Both the position numbers and the translations under genes were made by a program. From Nitrosopumilus sp. K4 (GTDB lineage Archaea > Thermoproteota > Nitrososphaeria > Nitrososphaerales > Nitrosopumilaceae), in NCBI RefSeq assembly GCF_018128925.1, contig NZ_CP067007.1:1298330-1330329 (forward strand): DNA of 32,000 bases. The letters are read 5' to 3'. The notes below the pieces were generated by a model. It had not been told where the DNA came from and ran no database searches. It was given only the letters and a program-made list of their open reading frames with translations. Below, in pieces: positions 24,789 to 32,000 of the stretch. Positions within the stretch are counted from its first letter, which is position 1, and each line of letters starts with the position of its first letter.

Positions 24789-25280
24789 TTGAAGGTTTCA
24801 TTGTTCAAGATTGGAATTATGCTAAGCATTGTGGGAATTAGTTGGATTTCAATGGTTTTTCTACAAGGAGATAGAATTTCGGAAGAATTTCTTTTAGAAT
24901 CATCAAATTCTCACAAAATAGATATGAGTTTTGCAGGAGAAGACATAGGATATTACAAAGTATTCATGCCTAATTTTTCTGGAGATGAAGTGTTTGTGCA
25001 AGTATTGGATACTGTGGGTAATGTAATTTCTGAACAATCAGTTCATACAAAAATGTCAGTAGCATATTTTGATTATGAAAAAACTGGAAAATATTCTGTG
25101 AAGATTGTAAATGTATCAAAAAATCCAATTAATATTCAAGTCGAATTTGGAGATACTAATTCTAAGGAAATGATTCCTGCGGGAATCATAATACTAGTAG
25201 GTTCAATAATGATAATTTTGGCGTCATATATGAAATTAAAAAATTATAAAATTGCACAACCTGATGAGAATATTTCGTAG
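24789..25280 (+). CDS. Hypothetical membrane-anchored beta-sandwich protein
   Basis: 163 aa with a TTG start (internal ATG 10 codons in). N-terminal TM/signal, C-terminal TM (PAGIIILVGSIMIILASYM) followed by a basic tail. Confidence 0.5.
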   Translation: MKVSLFKIGIMLSIVGISWISMVFLQGDRISEEFLLESSNSHKIDMSFAGEDIGYYKVFMPNFSGDEVFVQVLDTVGNVISEQSVHTKMSVAYFDYEKTGKYSVKIVNVSKNPINIQVEFGDTNSKEMIPAGIIILVGSIMIILASYMKLKNYKIAQPDENIS

Positions 25281-25837
25281 ACCGGAATACATTGAATAAC
25301 ATGTCCTAAAATCAATGCAAGATTGAAGGCAAGCCAAGTTGTAAAGAAGATAAATGAAATAATGGAAAATGGCAATAAGAGTTTGAGTTTAGTATGTTCT
25401 CTATTTTTTATAATAAGTAATCCACCTAGTGATGCTAAAACAAGACCGAATTCAAGAGGTTGATGAGACCAAGAAATCAATCCATCAATTCCAAATATAT
25501 CATGTGATAAAGAATCTCCAAATCCTGAAATGAGTTGAATACCAGATCCAATTATTACAAGTTTGATACCAGTATTTAATGAGCCTCTGACAGATTTTCT
25601 TATCAGTAATATGATTCCTAGAATTGCCGCACAAGAGACAAGAGATACACCAAAGTAAACTGTAATGTGTTGTGTTGTCCAGAAGAATTCAGGTTCTCTT
25701 AAAAGATGAGAAATGGCATCCCAAAAACCACCAGAAACTGTAATGACAGGACCTAAAACAGCCAAAATAGAAGTAAATGAGATCAGTGTAGTACTTTTTG
25801 CAAAAGTTGAATTTGAAAGCCTAGAAATTAGTTTCAT
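25244..25837 (-). CDS. Hypothetical polytopic membrane protein (5-6 TM)
   Basis: 197-aa hydrophobic ORF with conserved-looking His in WDAISH and GDSLSHD. Its 3' end overlaps the convergent upstream gene by 37 nt. Confidence 0.55.
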   Translation of the reverse strand: MKLISRLSNSTFAKSTTLISFTSILAVLGPVITVSGGFWDAISHLLREPEFFWTTQHITVYFGVSLVSCAAILGIILLIRKSVRGSLNTGIKLVIIGSGIQLISGFGDSLSHDIFGIDGLISWSHQPLEFGLVLASLGGLLIIKNREHTKLKLLLPFSIISFIFFTTWLAFNLALILGHVIQCIPVYEIFSSGCAIL

Positions 25838-25995
25838 TTCATTTTACCTATCTTAAAGTGATATTTGAAATATTGTAAATTTACTAATTAGAAAAATTGA
25901 ACTTTGAGACTAATTTTATCAATTAACTAAGTCCACGTTATACGTATAAGATAACCACTTGGGATTTTTAACAGTAGCCATACCTAGATACTTCA

Positions 25996-27147
25996 GTGAA
26001 CGAAAGCAACAAACAGGCAGAAGCAAACAGGGCATTGCAGAATTTTCTTGATGCAGTATATTCCACATCTCACAGCTATTCGTCTGTTCACGGTTATGGC
26101 ACAGCAATCAAAGGAAAAAAGAATGGCTTTAGAAAATTCCTAGACGAATGCTACAGCATAAACGAGATCCAGTTAAGAGACAAGATAGGCAATAACGAAA
26201 TTGACGTATACAATGTTCTCAGCGATTATGTAATATTTCTGTCAAAGTCGGAAGTATATCCAAGAACCGTCAAGCAATGGTTTTCAGCAGTAAAGAGCTA
26301 TCTCACATACATTGGAATTGAGATATACAATGAGAAATGCAAGCAGAGAGTACGACTGCCAAAGATTCACAAGATCAGAAAAGAGCCGCTTACAAGGGAG
26401 CTGATAGTGAGAGCTCTCAACGTATTGCCGTTCAAGCTTAGAATAGTATTCTATGTTGCAATTGCAAGCGGCATGAGAATAGGCGAGATTGCAGAATTGC
26501 GTTTGTCTGACATTGACTTTGGCAACAGCCCTACAAGAATTTTCATCCGTGCTGAAACAACAAAGACAAGAGAGGATCGTGAAACATTCCTTACAGCAGA
26601 AGCTACAAATGCATTAAAGGATTATCTTAATCGTTATTTTTCATGGAAAGAAAACGACACCAATGTAGATTTGCAAAACGTGAAAATTTTTGGAAGGACA
26701 TCATTAGCTAGAAGAAAAATAATGCCAAAAAAAGATGAACAGCGCGGGTCTGTTGATATTTTAGAGCAATCACTAAACAATTACCTGAAAAACATACCAC
26801 ATCTCAACATGAAGATGCGAAACGGCAAGAGACTAATTCACTATCATGCACTAAGAGAATTTTTCTATACTACAGTCAGCAATATTGCAGGATCAAATTT
26901 TGCTCATGCACTAATGGGACATCACAGTTATCTTGACACATATTATTCCCTTCCAGAAAAAGAAAAGATCAAAATGTATCAAAAATGCGAGCCACACCTT
27001 ACAATGTCAGACTTTGCAAAAATAGAAGAAGAGATTGAAAAAACAAAAGAAAAACAAGTAGAGATTGAAGAGACATATGTCAAGCTTGCAAAGTTTCTAA
27101 AAGAAAAAGATCCATCATTTGAAAGGTTCTTAGAGTTGATTACATAA
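25996..27147 (+). CDS. Tyrosine recombinase / phage-type integrase, full length
   Basis: 383 aa with a GTG start. N-terminal SAM-like core-binding region, then a catalytic domain with Arg (SGMRIGEI), H-x-x-R (HYHALREFF), His (MGHHSY) and the nucleophile Tyr (LDTYY). Confidence 0.85.
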   Translation: MNESNKQAEANRALQNFLDAVYSTSHSYSSVHGYGTAIKGKKNGFRKFLDECYSINEIQLRDKIGNNEIDVYNVLSDYVIFLSKSEVYPRTVKQWFSAVKSYLTYIGIEIYNEKCKQRVRLPKIHKIRKEPLTRELIVRALNVLPFKLRIVFYVAIASGMRIGEIAELRLSDIDFGNSPTRIFIRAETTKTREDRETFLTAEATNALKDYLNRYFSWKENDTNVDLQNVKIFGRTSLARRKIMPKKDEQRGSVDILEQSLNNYLKNIPHLNMKMRNGKRLIHYHALREFFYTTVSNIAGSNFAHALMGHHSYLDTYYSLPEKEKIKMYQKCEPHLTMSDFAKIEEEIEKTKEKQVEIEETYVKLAKFLKEKDPSFERFLELIT

Positions 27148-27160
27148 ACAAAATTTCTAT

Positions 27161-29251
27161 CTAAGATTTTTCTGTTATGATAAATTCAAAAAATCCCAAG
27201 CTTGATTTTTTGTAAGCAAAACTTACTTCCAGAGAGTCATTTGATAGAACCTCCTTTCTTTCTCCTCCGCCGACATCATTTCCCGACACCATTACATTCT
27301 CTATCCAGTTTGAAGGGGTTTCAGATATACCTAAAGTATTCAGCTCATCTTCAAATGTCTCTGCAATGGCTTTGACTATAGATTCGGATTTTGTTGTAGG
27401 GACTGCACCGTTTTCGTTGGACAGAAAGACTTTCAGCTGAAAAATGTTGTCAAATTCTGAAGGGTGCCATAGGGCATCAGATTTTCCGTAATAGATTGAC
27501 ATGTCACCAATCCATCCATCCTCATCGTGAACTATTTTGTATACTTGGAATTGGTTTCCATTTGTAGATTTGTCTGCATCGAATTTAATTAGAAATTGAG
27601 TGGAACGTCCAATTTGACTCAGATTTTTTAGAATGTCTTCCTTTGACGAATCAAAATCAAATTGAATATCTATAGTCTCACCTTTTGCCACATTGATTAT
27701 TCCATTAGATACCAAATACTCGATTCCTTTAACAAAATCCTCGTCGGTGATCTGTCCTTCAGACCACCAGCATGCATTATTTTTTATCCATGGAGGAATT
27801 GATTGCGAGTCCGAGTTGGCAGAAGTTGTTGCGGTGATTAGAATTATTTCGTTATCAATAAGATACTGGATTCCCTCAATAAATGACGCATTATCGATTT
27901 TATCGTCACACCAGAATTCTGCAATGTTCTTTATCCAGTTTGGTACTGTTATTCCAGGTGGATTTACGGTAACAGTAAATGAGACCTGAGCAGCTCTATT
28001 GCTTGCAGAATCTGTAGCATCACATACTACAACATGGCTTCCAATTGGAAAAATCGATCCTGAGACAGGATTACAGTAAGGAATGACTAGCTCATCTACA
28101 TCATCAATGGCTAACACATCAAATGAAACACGTGCCCCATTTTGAGTTTCGGCATTTGTTGTGATATCAGTGGGCTGCAGTATTTTTGGAGGTGTGTAAT
28201 CGTCTTTTGTAGGAAATGTAAAATCATCAATGTATTCAAAAGTAGTAGTTGCAGTTCTTGACTGAGTTCCGTACTGCACAACTATTGTATATTTTCCTGA
28301 CTCCATAGATTCGTCACCTAATTCAACAGATGTAGAAAATGCTTTGTCTCTGTTTACTCGTAGTTGATCTATTACAAAAATTTCTCCTGTTGGATGTGTG
28401 ATGATAAGGGAGACTGCTTCTCCACCAAGAATATCTTTTACTTTACCAGTAACATAAAGAATTTCACCGTCACTGTATGTTTGCTTGTTTGTTTCTACTT
28501 CTATTACAGGAACTGTACTTAAACTCTGAGATGTTTCAGATAAGAGATGTGTTCCAATTATTTCAATTTCTTCGCTTCCTGCTCTAAACGGAATTGTGAT
28601 GGTTCTGATCTCAGAAGTCGAAGTTTCGTCATAATCCTTGGTGTCACCATCAACCAATACAAAAAACTTGGAATCGTTATTCTGATACTTAGAATCAATT
28701 AATGTTCGGGGTAGATGTAATGTGACATAACCTTCGTTAAATGTATCAATACTAACTATCAGAGATATTGCATCCATATCAGGTGTAACATAGAAAACTT
28801 TTCCGCCGGAGATTTCGTACCTTACAGATTCTTTGAAGCCTGAGACGCTTATTGTGCTTGCATCTGCATCCCCTGTTGCAGTAGATGAACCGCTGTAGTA
28901 GAACGTAGTCTTTGCAGAACGTGATTGGTTTCCATAATCAACGTTAATCGTGTATGTTCCCTCTGCTCTCATAAGTGAGCCACCTGCAGTTAACTCGGTT
29001 CGATATTCATTGTAATTATCAACGGGAATAGCTGTGACAGTTACAATATTTCCATTAGGTGCAGTCATTACAAGATTGACTGCCTCGCCAGAAATCTTGC
29101 TACTCACCTCGCCAGAAACAAAGATTGTTTCGCCATGAGAGTACGATGTTTTGTCCGTTCTAACAGTTATTGGATCGATGACCTGCGCATGTGAATCACC
29201 TATGAAAAAACCAAGAAGTAAGATTAATGAGAATAAAAATAAGAATTTCAT
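27161..29251 (-). CDS. Large secreted multi-domain protein (2 macroglobulin/Ig-like repeats, HYR-like domain, 2 PxWIKN..WW motifs, unknown C-terminal domain)
   Basis: 696 aa with a signal peptide ending DSHA. Repeats at aa 28-119 and 250-340. HYR-like segment at aa 354-430 (DITTNAETQNGARVSFDV...FPIGSHVVVCDATDSASNRAAQVSFTVTV). VPNWIKNIAEFWCDDKIDNASFIEGIQYLI and IPPWIKNNACWWSEGQITDEDFVKGIEYLV. Confidence 0.8.
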   Translation of the reverse strand: MKFLFLFSLILLLGFFIGDSHAQVIDPITVRTDKTSYSHGETIFVSGEVSSKISGEAVNLVMTAPNGNIVTVTAIPVDNYNEYRTELTAGGSLMRAEGTYTINVDYGNQSRSAKTTFYYSGSSTATGDADASTISVSGFKESVRYEISGGKVFYVTPDMDAISLIVSIDTFNEGYVTLHLPRTLIDSKYQNNDSKFFVLVDGDTKDYDETSTSEIRTITIPFRAGSEEIEIIGTHLLSETSQSLSTVPVIEVETNKQTYSDGEILYVTGKVKDILGGEAVSLIITHPTGEIFVIDQLRVNRDKAFSTSVELGDESMESGKYTIVVQYGTQSRTATTTFEYIDDFTFPTKDDYTPPKILQPTDITTNAETQNGARVSFDVLAIDDVDELVIPYCNPVSGSIFPIGSHVVVCDATDSASNRAAQVSFTVTVNPPGITVPNWIKNIAEFWCDDKIDNASFIEGIQYLIDNEIILITATTSANSDSQSIPPWIKNNACWWSEGQITDEDFVKGIEYLVSNGIINVAKGETIDIQFDFDSSKEDILKNLSQIGRSTQFLIKFDADKSTNGNQFQVYKIVHDEDGWIGDMSIYYGKSDALWHPSEFDNIFQLKVFLSNENGAVPTTKSESIVKAIAETFEDELNTLGISETPSNWIENVMVSGNDVGGGERKEVLSNDSLEVSFAYKKSSLGFFEFIITEKS
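28232..29170 (-). repeat. Protein-level duplication of an approximately 92-aa beta-sandwich module inside the 696-aa gene
   Basis: TDKTSYSHGETIFVSGEV..GEAVNLVMTAPNGNIV...EGTYTINVDYGNQSRSAKTTFYY (28895-29170) against TNKQTYSDGEILYVTGKV..GEAVSLIITHPTGEIF...SGKYTIVVQYGTQSRTATTTFEY (28232-28504). Confidence 0.75.
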
Positions 29252-29379
29252 AACAAATTCAGAATTATCTAACTATTAATCATATTTGCTGAGGGCAAGA
29301 ACGGAGTTACGGTTCAAATCTGTATGATTTGGTCGTCACTATGGGTATGATTAGGATCATTTTTTAGAAATCAAGAAAA

Positions 29380-29865
29380 ATGTCATTAGGCTTGGTTAAT
29401 GTAAATCCAGAAACAAAGCGTCATGAAGAAGAGGTAGAAGAATTTCTATCAAAATTAGAATTTACAAAGATTATGTCTAATGAAAGAATTCTGGACGGCA
29501 AGTTGGAGATTGGAGAAATAGATTCTCTTTTTGAGTATAAAGATTATTTATTCATAATTGAGGTAAGCACAAAAAAGAGATTAGACAATCAGAAAAAGAA
29601 TTTCTTTTTTTCAAAATGGTCTGACGGATATAATCTTAGAAAACTCAGAAAAAAGTATAATCTTACAGCAAAGAAAACATTCAGAATTTATTTTGACAAA
29701 GTCACAAGCACTCCAGAAAATCATGCAGGACTAGATCACATTACAAAAAGAAGAAAAGGAAACAAGATAGTTTATGCTGACAAATATGCGGGATTTTTAA
29801 AAGAATTAAAGAAAAATGTTTCATCGGCTAGAAAGAACTTTTTAGAATGGATAGAGCAATCTTAG
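29380..29865 (+). CDS. Hypothetical basic protein; possible PD-(D/E)XK-like nuclease core (weak)
   Basis: 161 aa. GEIDSLFEYKDYLFIIEVSTKK loosely fits a D...E-x-x-x-K nuclease pattern. Lys/Arg-rich C-terminal half. No firm family call. Confidence 0.45.
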   Translation: MSLGLVNVNPETKRHEEEVEEFLSKLEFTKIMSNERILDGKLEIGEIDSLFEYKDYLFIIEVSTKKRLDNQKKNFFFSKWSDGYNLRKLRKKYNLTAKKTFRIYFDKVTSTPENHAGLDHITKRRKGNKIVYADKYAGFLKELKKNVSSARKNFLEWIEQS

Positions 29866-30007
29866 ATTTTGTACGAGCCAGATTGGCTCAAAATATAATA
29901 TGTTAATCATGAAAACAAAATTTTGATTTAGGGTTGATATTGTTCAAGGTAATGTAAAAAATCACAGACCAGTTAGTAAATAATTCAAAAATACAAAAAT
30001 TCAAGAA

Positions 30008-30754
30008 ATGACATTAACAAGAAAACAAATTCTTCATATTCTTTGTAATGCAGATCTTAAACTAAAAATTGCAATTTTGTTAGCATCAAGTGCAGGTCTA
30101 AGAATTAGTGAATTAATTCAATTGAGATATAGTGACATAGATTTTGATTCTAAACCAACAAAAATTTTGATTCGAGCTACATCAAAAAAGAAAAGAGCAC
30201 GTCAGGTATTCATTACAGAAGAAACAACTATTCACTTACAAGATTATCTGAAAAAGAACTTTGGATGGCATAAAAATAGCCTTAATTTGGATATTTCAAG
30301 CATCTATATTTTTGGAAGAACATCTGTGACAAATGGTGGAAACGTACATAGATTCAATCCAGATTCAGCCAAACAATCACTTCAAATGTTACTGAAAAAT
30401 CATGTCAAAAATATTTCAGAACAAATAGATCAAAACAAAAATGAACAAAATACTATTCGTTTTTATGAATTTAGAAAGTTTTTCAGTTCTACGGTAGAAA
30501 ATGTTTGTGGTAGAAATTATGCTGAAGCATTAATGGGCAATAGAGACTACATGGATACTCACTATCAACTATCTGATGAAGACAAATATCAAAAGTATTT
30601 TTCAGTAGAACCATACTTAACCATTTTAGATTTTGATAAAATTGAAGAAAATTATAATGATTTATCTCAAAGATACAAAGAAATTGAAAAATCAATAATT
30701 GGGTTAAAGCAATATTTGGTTAGTAACAGTATTCTATTAGAATCATTAAAATAA
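30008..30754 (+). CDS. Tyrosine recombinase catalytic domain only (N-terminally truncated paralog of the 25996 integrase)
   Basis: 248 aa, aligning to residues from about 130 to the end of the 383-aa integrase (for example LRISELIQLRYSDIDF against MRIGEIAELRLSDIDF, and ALMGNRDYMDTHY against ALMGHHSYLDTYY). A stop codon lies 9 codons upstream in frame. No N-terminal domain remnant was seen in other frames. Confidence 0.75.
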   Translation: MTLTRKQILHILCNADLKLKIAILLASSAGLRISELIQLRYSDIDFDSKPTKILIRATSKKKRARQVFITEETTIHLQDYLKKNFGWHKNSLNLDISSIYIFGRTSVTNGGNVHRFNPDSAKQSLQMLLKNHVKNISEQIDQNKNEQNTIRFYEFRKFFSSTVENVCGRNYAEALMGNRDYMDTHYQLSDEDKYQKYFSVEPYLTILDFDKIEENYNDLSQRYKEIEKSIIGLKQYLVSNSILLESLK

Positions 30755-30766
30755 AATATTTTGAAA

Positions 30767-30840
30767 TGCAGTCAGCGGGATTCGAACCCGCGTCACAGGG
30801 TTGGAAACCCCGAATACTAACCAGGCTATACTATGACTGC
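30767..30840 (-). tRNA. tRNA-Gly (anticodon UCC)
   Basis: Hand-folded: acceptor GCAGTCA/TGACTGC, anticodon arm CGGGG-TTTCCAA-CCCTG, T arm GCGGG-TTCGAAT-CCCGC, discriminator A, 74 nt. Confidence 0.9.
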
Positions 30841-30883
30841 AACACAATCAAACTTTTATTCTTACATAAATATGGTTTTTTTA

Positions 30884-32000
30884 TTATCGTAAATCTATTT
30901 TTCCTGTAGTTGCCGATGAAATTAATGAATTACGGAATTCTCTAAGTTTTTCAATTTTATGATTACATTTAGAAATAATTTTGTTTATTTTTGAAATTTC
31001 GTTTTCTACAAAACTAACAATGTTTTTTTGTTCATTAAGAGGAGGTATAGGAATAAAGAGTTTGGACAAAATTTCCAAATTGATTATATCCATAGTTCCA
31101 CCACGGCTAGATTCTTCAAGCTGTGAATAACATGAAGAAGACTTCAGATACTCAACCAAAAATTTTGGGAAGCAAATCTTCGGATTTGGTGTTAATTTTA
31201 TCAAACGAGGATTGATTATTCCCTTTTCAATATTTTCTGGGACCAGAGCAATTTTACCAAATGTTCCAACACAACTTATTAACACATCATTTGGAAAAAC
31301 TTGAAATCTCTTCATAGTTTGAAATTTTTCTTTTGGAATATAGTAATCTCCGATTGAAAAATTTGCTGGGATTACTTGTTCTTGTCCATATACTCTATAT
31401 CCATTTTTAGAATATTCTTCTTTTTTTAATGATGAACCAAAAGGTCCTGAGATCATCTCTAATACTACATGTTTCAGTTGTTTAATATGATATTTTTTTG
31501 GAATTAATCCAATGGCTTTAACTTTCGAATCCTTCATTAGAACTGAAGGTTCTAATCCTTTTGTAACTGCTTGATTTACTACTATCTTTGCTTTTTCTTT
31601 AAGAAGATTAGCCATTTTTTGATATTTTTCTGAATAAGAATCAATTTTTGATGTTTCAATTTCTAAAAACTTTACAACATTATTTTGTTCACCAGATGAG
31701 GGAAAAGGGATTCTTGTGTTAGCCAATGTCAGGTTTGGTAGATTTGATATAGTAACTCTAGCAGTAATTGCTTCAAACCATTTTGAATTTTTTATAGATT
31801 CTAAAACATACATCAGAAATTTTGTATTTTGATTGTTTTTTGGACGAACGATATGAACGTGATTCTGTGTAATACAATCCATTTCAATTTTCTCTAAAAC
31901 AGCTGAACGTCCTCCTTCTCCACCTTCACAAACTAACAGATCTCCATTCTTTACACCGTATTTTCTTATCTCATTTTTATTTGCCCACATTGTTGGCAAA
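30884..32000 (-). CDS. hsdS: Type I restriction-modification specificity subunit (HsdS), N-terminus beyond the window
   Basis: Two target-recognition domains separated by a helical spacer (EQNNVVKFLEIETSKID...), and a C-terminal conserved region PPLNEQKNIVSFVENEISKINK...LISSATTGKIDLR typical of HsdS. Confidence 0.85.
   Translation of the reverse strand, partial: LPTMWANKNEIRKYGVKNGDLLVCEGGEGGRSAVLEKIEMDCITQNHVHIVRPKNNQNTKFLMYVLESIKNSKWFEAITARVTISNLPNLTLANTRIPFPSSGEQNNVVKFLEIETSKIDSYSEKYQKMANLLKEKAKIVVNQAVTKGLEPSVLMKDSKVKAIGLIPKKYHIKQLKHVVLEMISGPFGSSLKKEEYSKNGYRVYGQEQVIPANFSIGDYYIPKEKFQTMKRFQVFPNDVLISCVGTFGKIALVPENIEKGIINPRLIKLTPNPKICFPKFLVEYLKSSSCYSQLEESSRGGTMDIINLEILSKLFIPIPPLNEQKNIVSFVENEISKINKIISKCNHKIEKLREFRNSLISSATTGKIDLR

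Larger units (their letters stand above)
25838..30766. mobile_element. Putative integrated element(s) / genomic islet abutting the 3' end of tRNA-Gly; the left boundary is not defined
   Basis: Two homologous tyrosine recombinase genes, one ending 12 nt from the tRNA-Gly 3' end. Cargo is of unknown function. Hand-counted GC is about 41-43% for 25996-29251, about 27-31% for 29380-30754, and about 33% for the flanking host-like genes. No att direct repeat was found by eye. Confidence 0.45.

Noticed and set aside
25863-25872. TATTTGAAAT upstream of the integrase resembling TATTTTGAAAT (30757-30767) abutting tRNA-Gly; considered as att repeats
   Set aside because: It is a short, AT-only, gapped match that does not include any tRNA sequence. 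It cannot be told apart from background in this genome.
25919-26107. 62-aa minus-strand ORF overlapping the integrase start
   Set aside because: Cys-rich nonsense composition, and it overlaps the integrase N-terminus. No support.
26873-26880. The 8-mer CAGTCAGC inside the full-length integrase gene, which matches the tRNA-Gly 3' acceptor region; considered as an SSV-type intragenic attP remnant
   Set aside because: Only 8 nt match, which is within chance expectation for a 6-kb search on two strands. No extended similarity on either side.
1-32000. CRISPR arrays, rRNA genes, IS elements with terminal inverted repeats
   Set aside because: Scanning both strands showed no regularly spaced direct repeats, no rRNA-like GC-rich blocks longer than tRNAs, and no transposase-like ORFs.

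Overview
This is an AT-rich archaeal chromosome segment; hand-counted 100-nt samples of host-like stretches give about 33-37% GC. It reads like a marine ammonia-oxidising thaumarchaeon (Nitrosopumilus-like). Four things support that: (1) adjacent 4-hydroxybutyryl-CoA dehydratase and ADP-forming acyl-CoA synthetase genes (3-hydroxypropionate/4-hydroxybutyrate cycle); (2) a heme-copper oxidase operon that includes a two-domain blue-copper protein and a compact 4-TM heme A synthase; (3) many small secreted or anchored beta-sandwich proteins; (4) short intergenic regions with TATA-like boxes about 25-27 nt from start codons. Positions 1 to about 24.7 kb look core-like. They carry HP/HB cycle genes, RNase H, a radical SAM protein, aspartate kinase, IlvE, an aminotransferase, a histidine kinase plus CheY-like receiver, F420-type redox genes, and tRNA-Val(UAC), tRNA-Lys(CUU) and tRNA-Arg(UCG). 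The right end, about 24.7-32 kb, looks accessory. It is bracketed by tRNA-Arg and tRNA-Gly(UCC), whose 3' ends face inward. It holds two paralogous tyrosine recombinases (one full length, one lacking the N-terminal domain), a 696-aa multi-domain secreted protein, an orphan 161-aa basic protein, and, beyond tRNA-Gly, a type I R-M specificity subunit running off the window. The candidates most worth a second look are: (a) a five-gene minus-strand cluster at 6.9-9.0 kb with a CcdA/DsbD-like membrane protein carrying a His-rich tail, a 45-aa YHS-type metal-binding ORF missing from the ORF track and joined to both neighbours by ATGA overlaps, a small thioredoxin-fold protein, and two unknowns, which may be a thiol/copper handling module; (b) the integrase island, which has compositionally different modules; (c) cytochrome oxidase subunit II split by a single in-frame TAG; (d) a lysyl-oxidase-like partial gene at the left edge that the ORF track missed. 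All calls rest on reading the sequence and on motif memory. No database search, covariance model or alignment tool was run.
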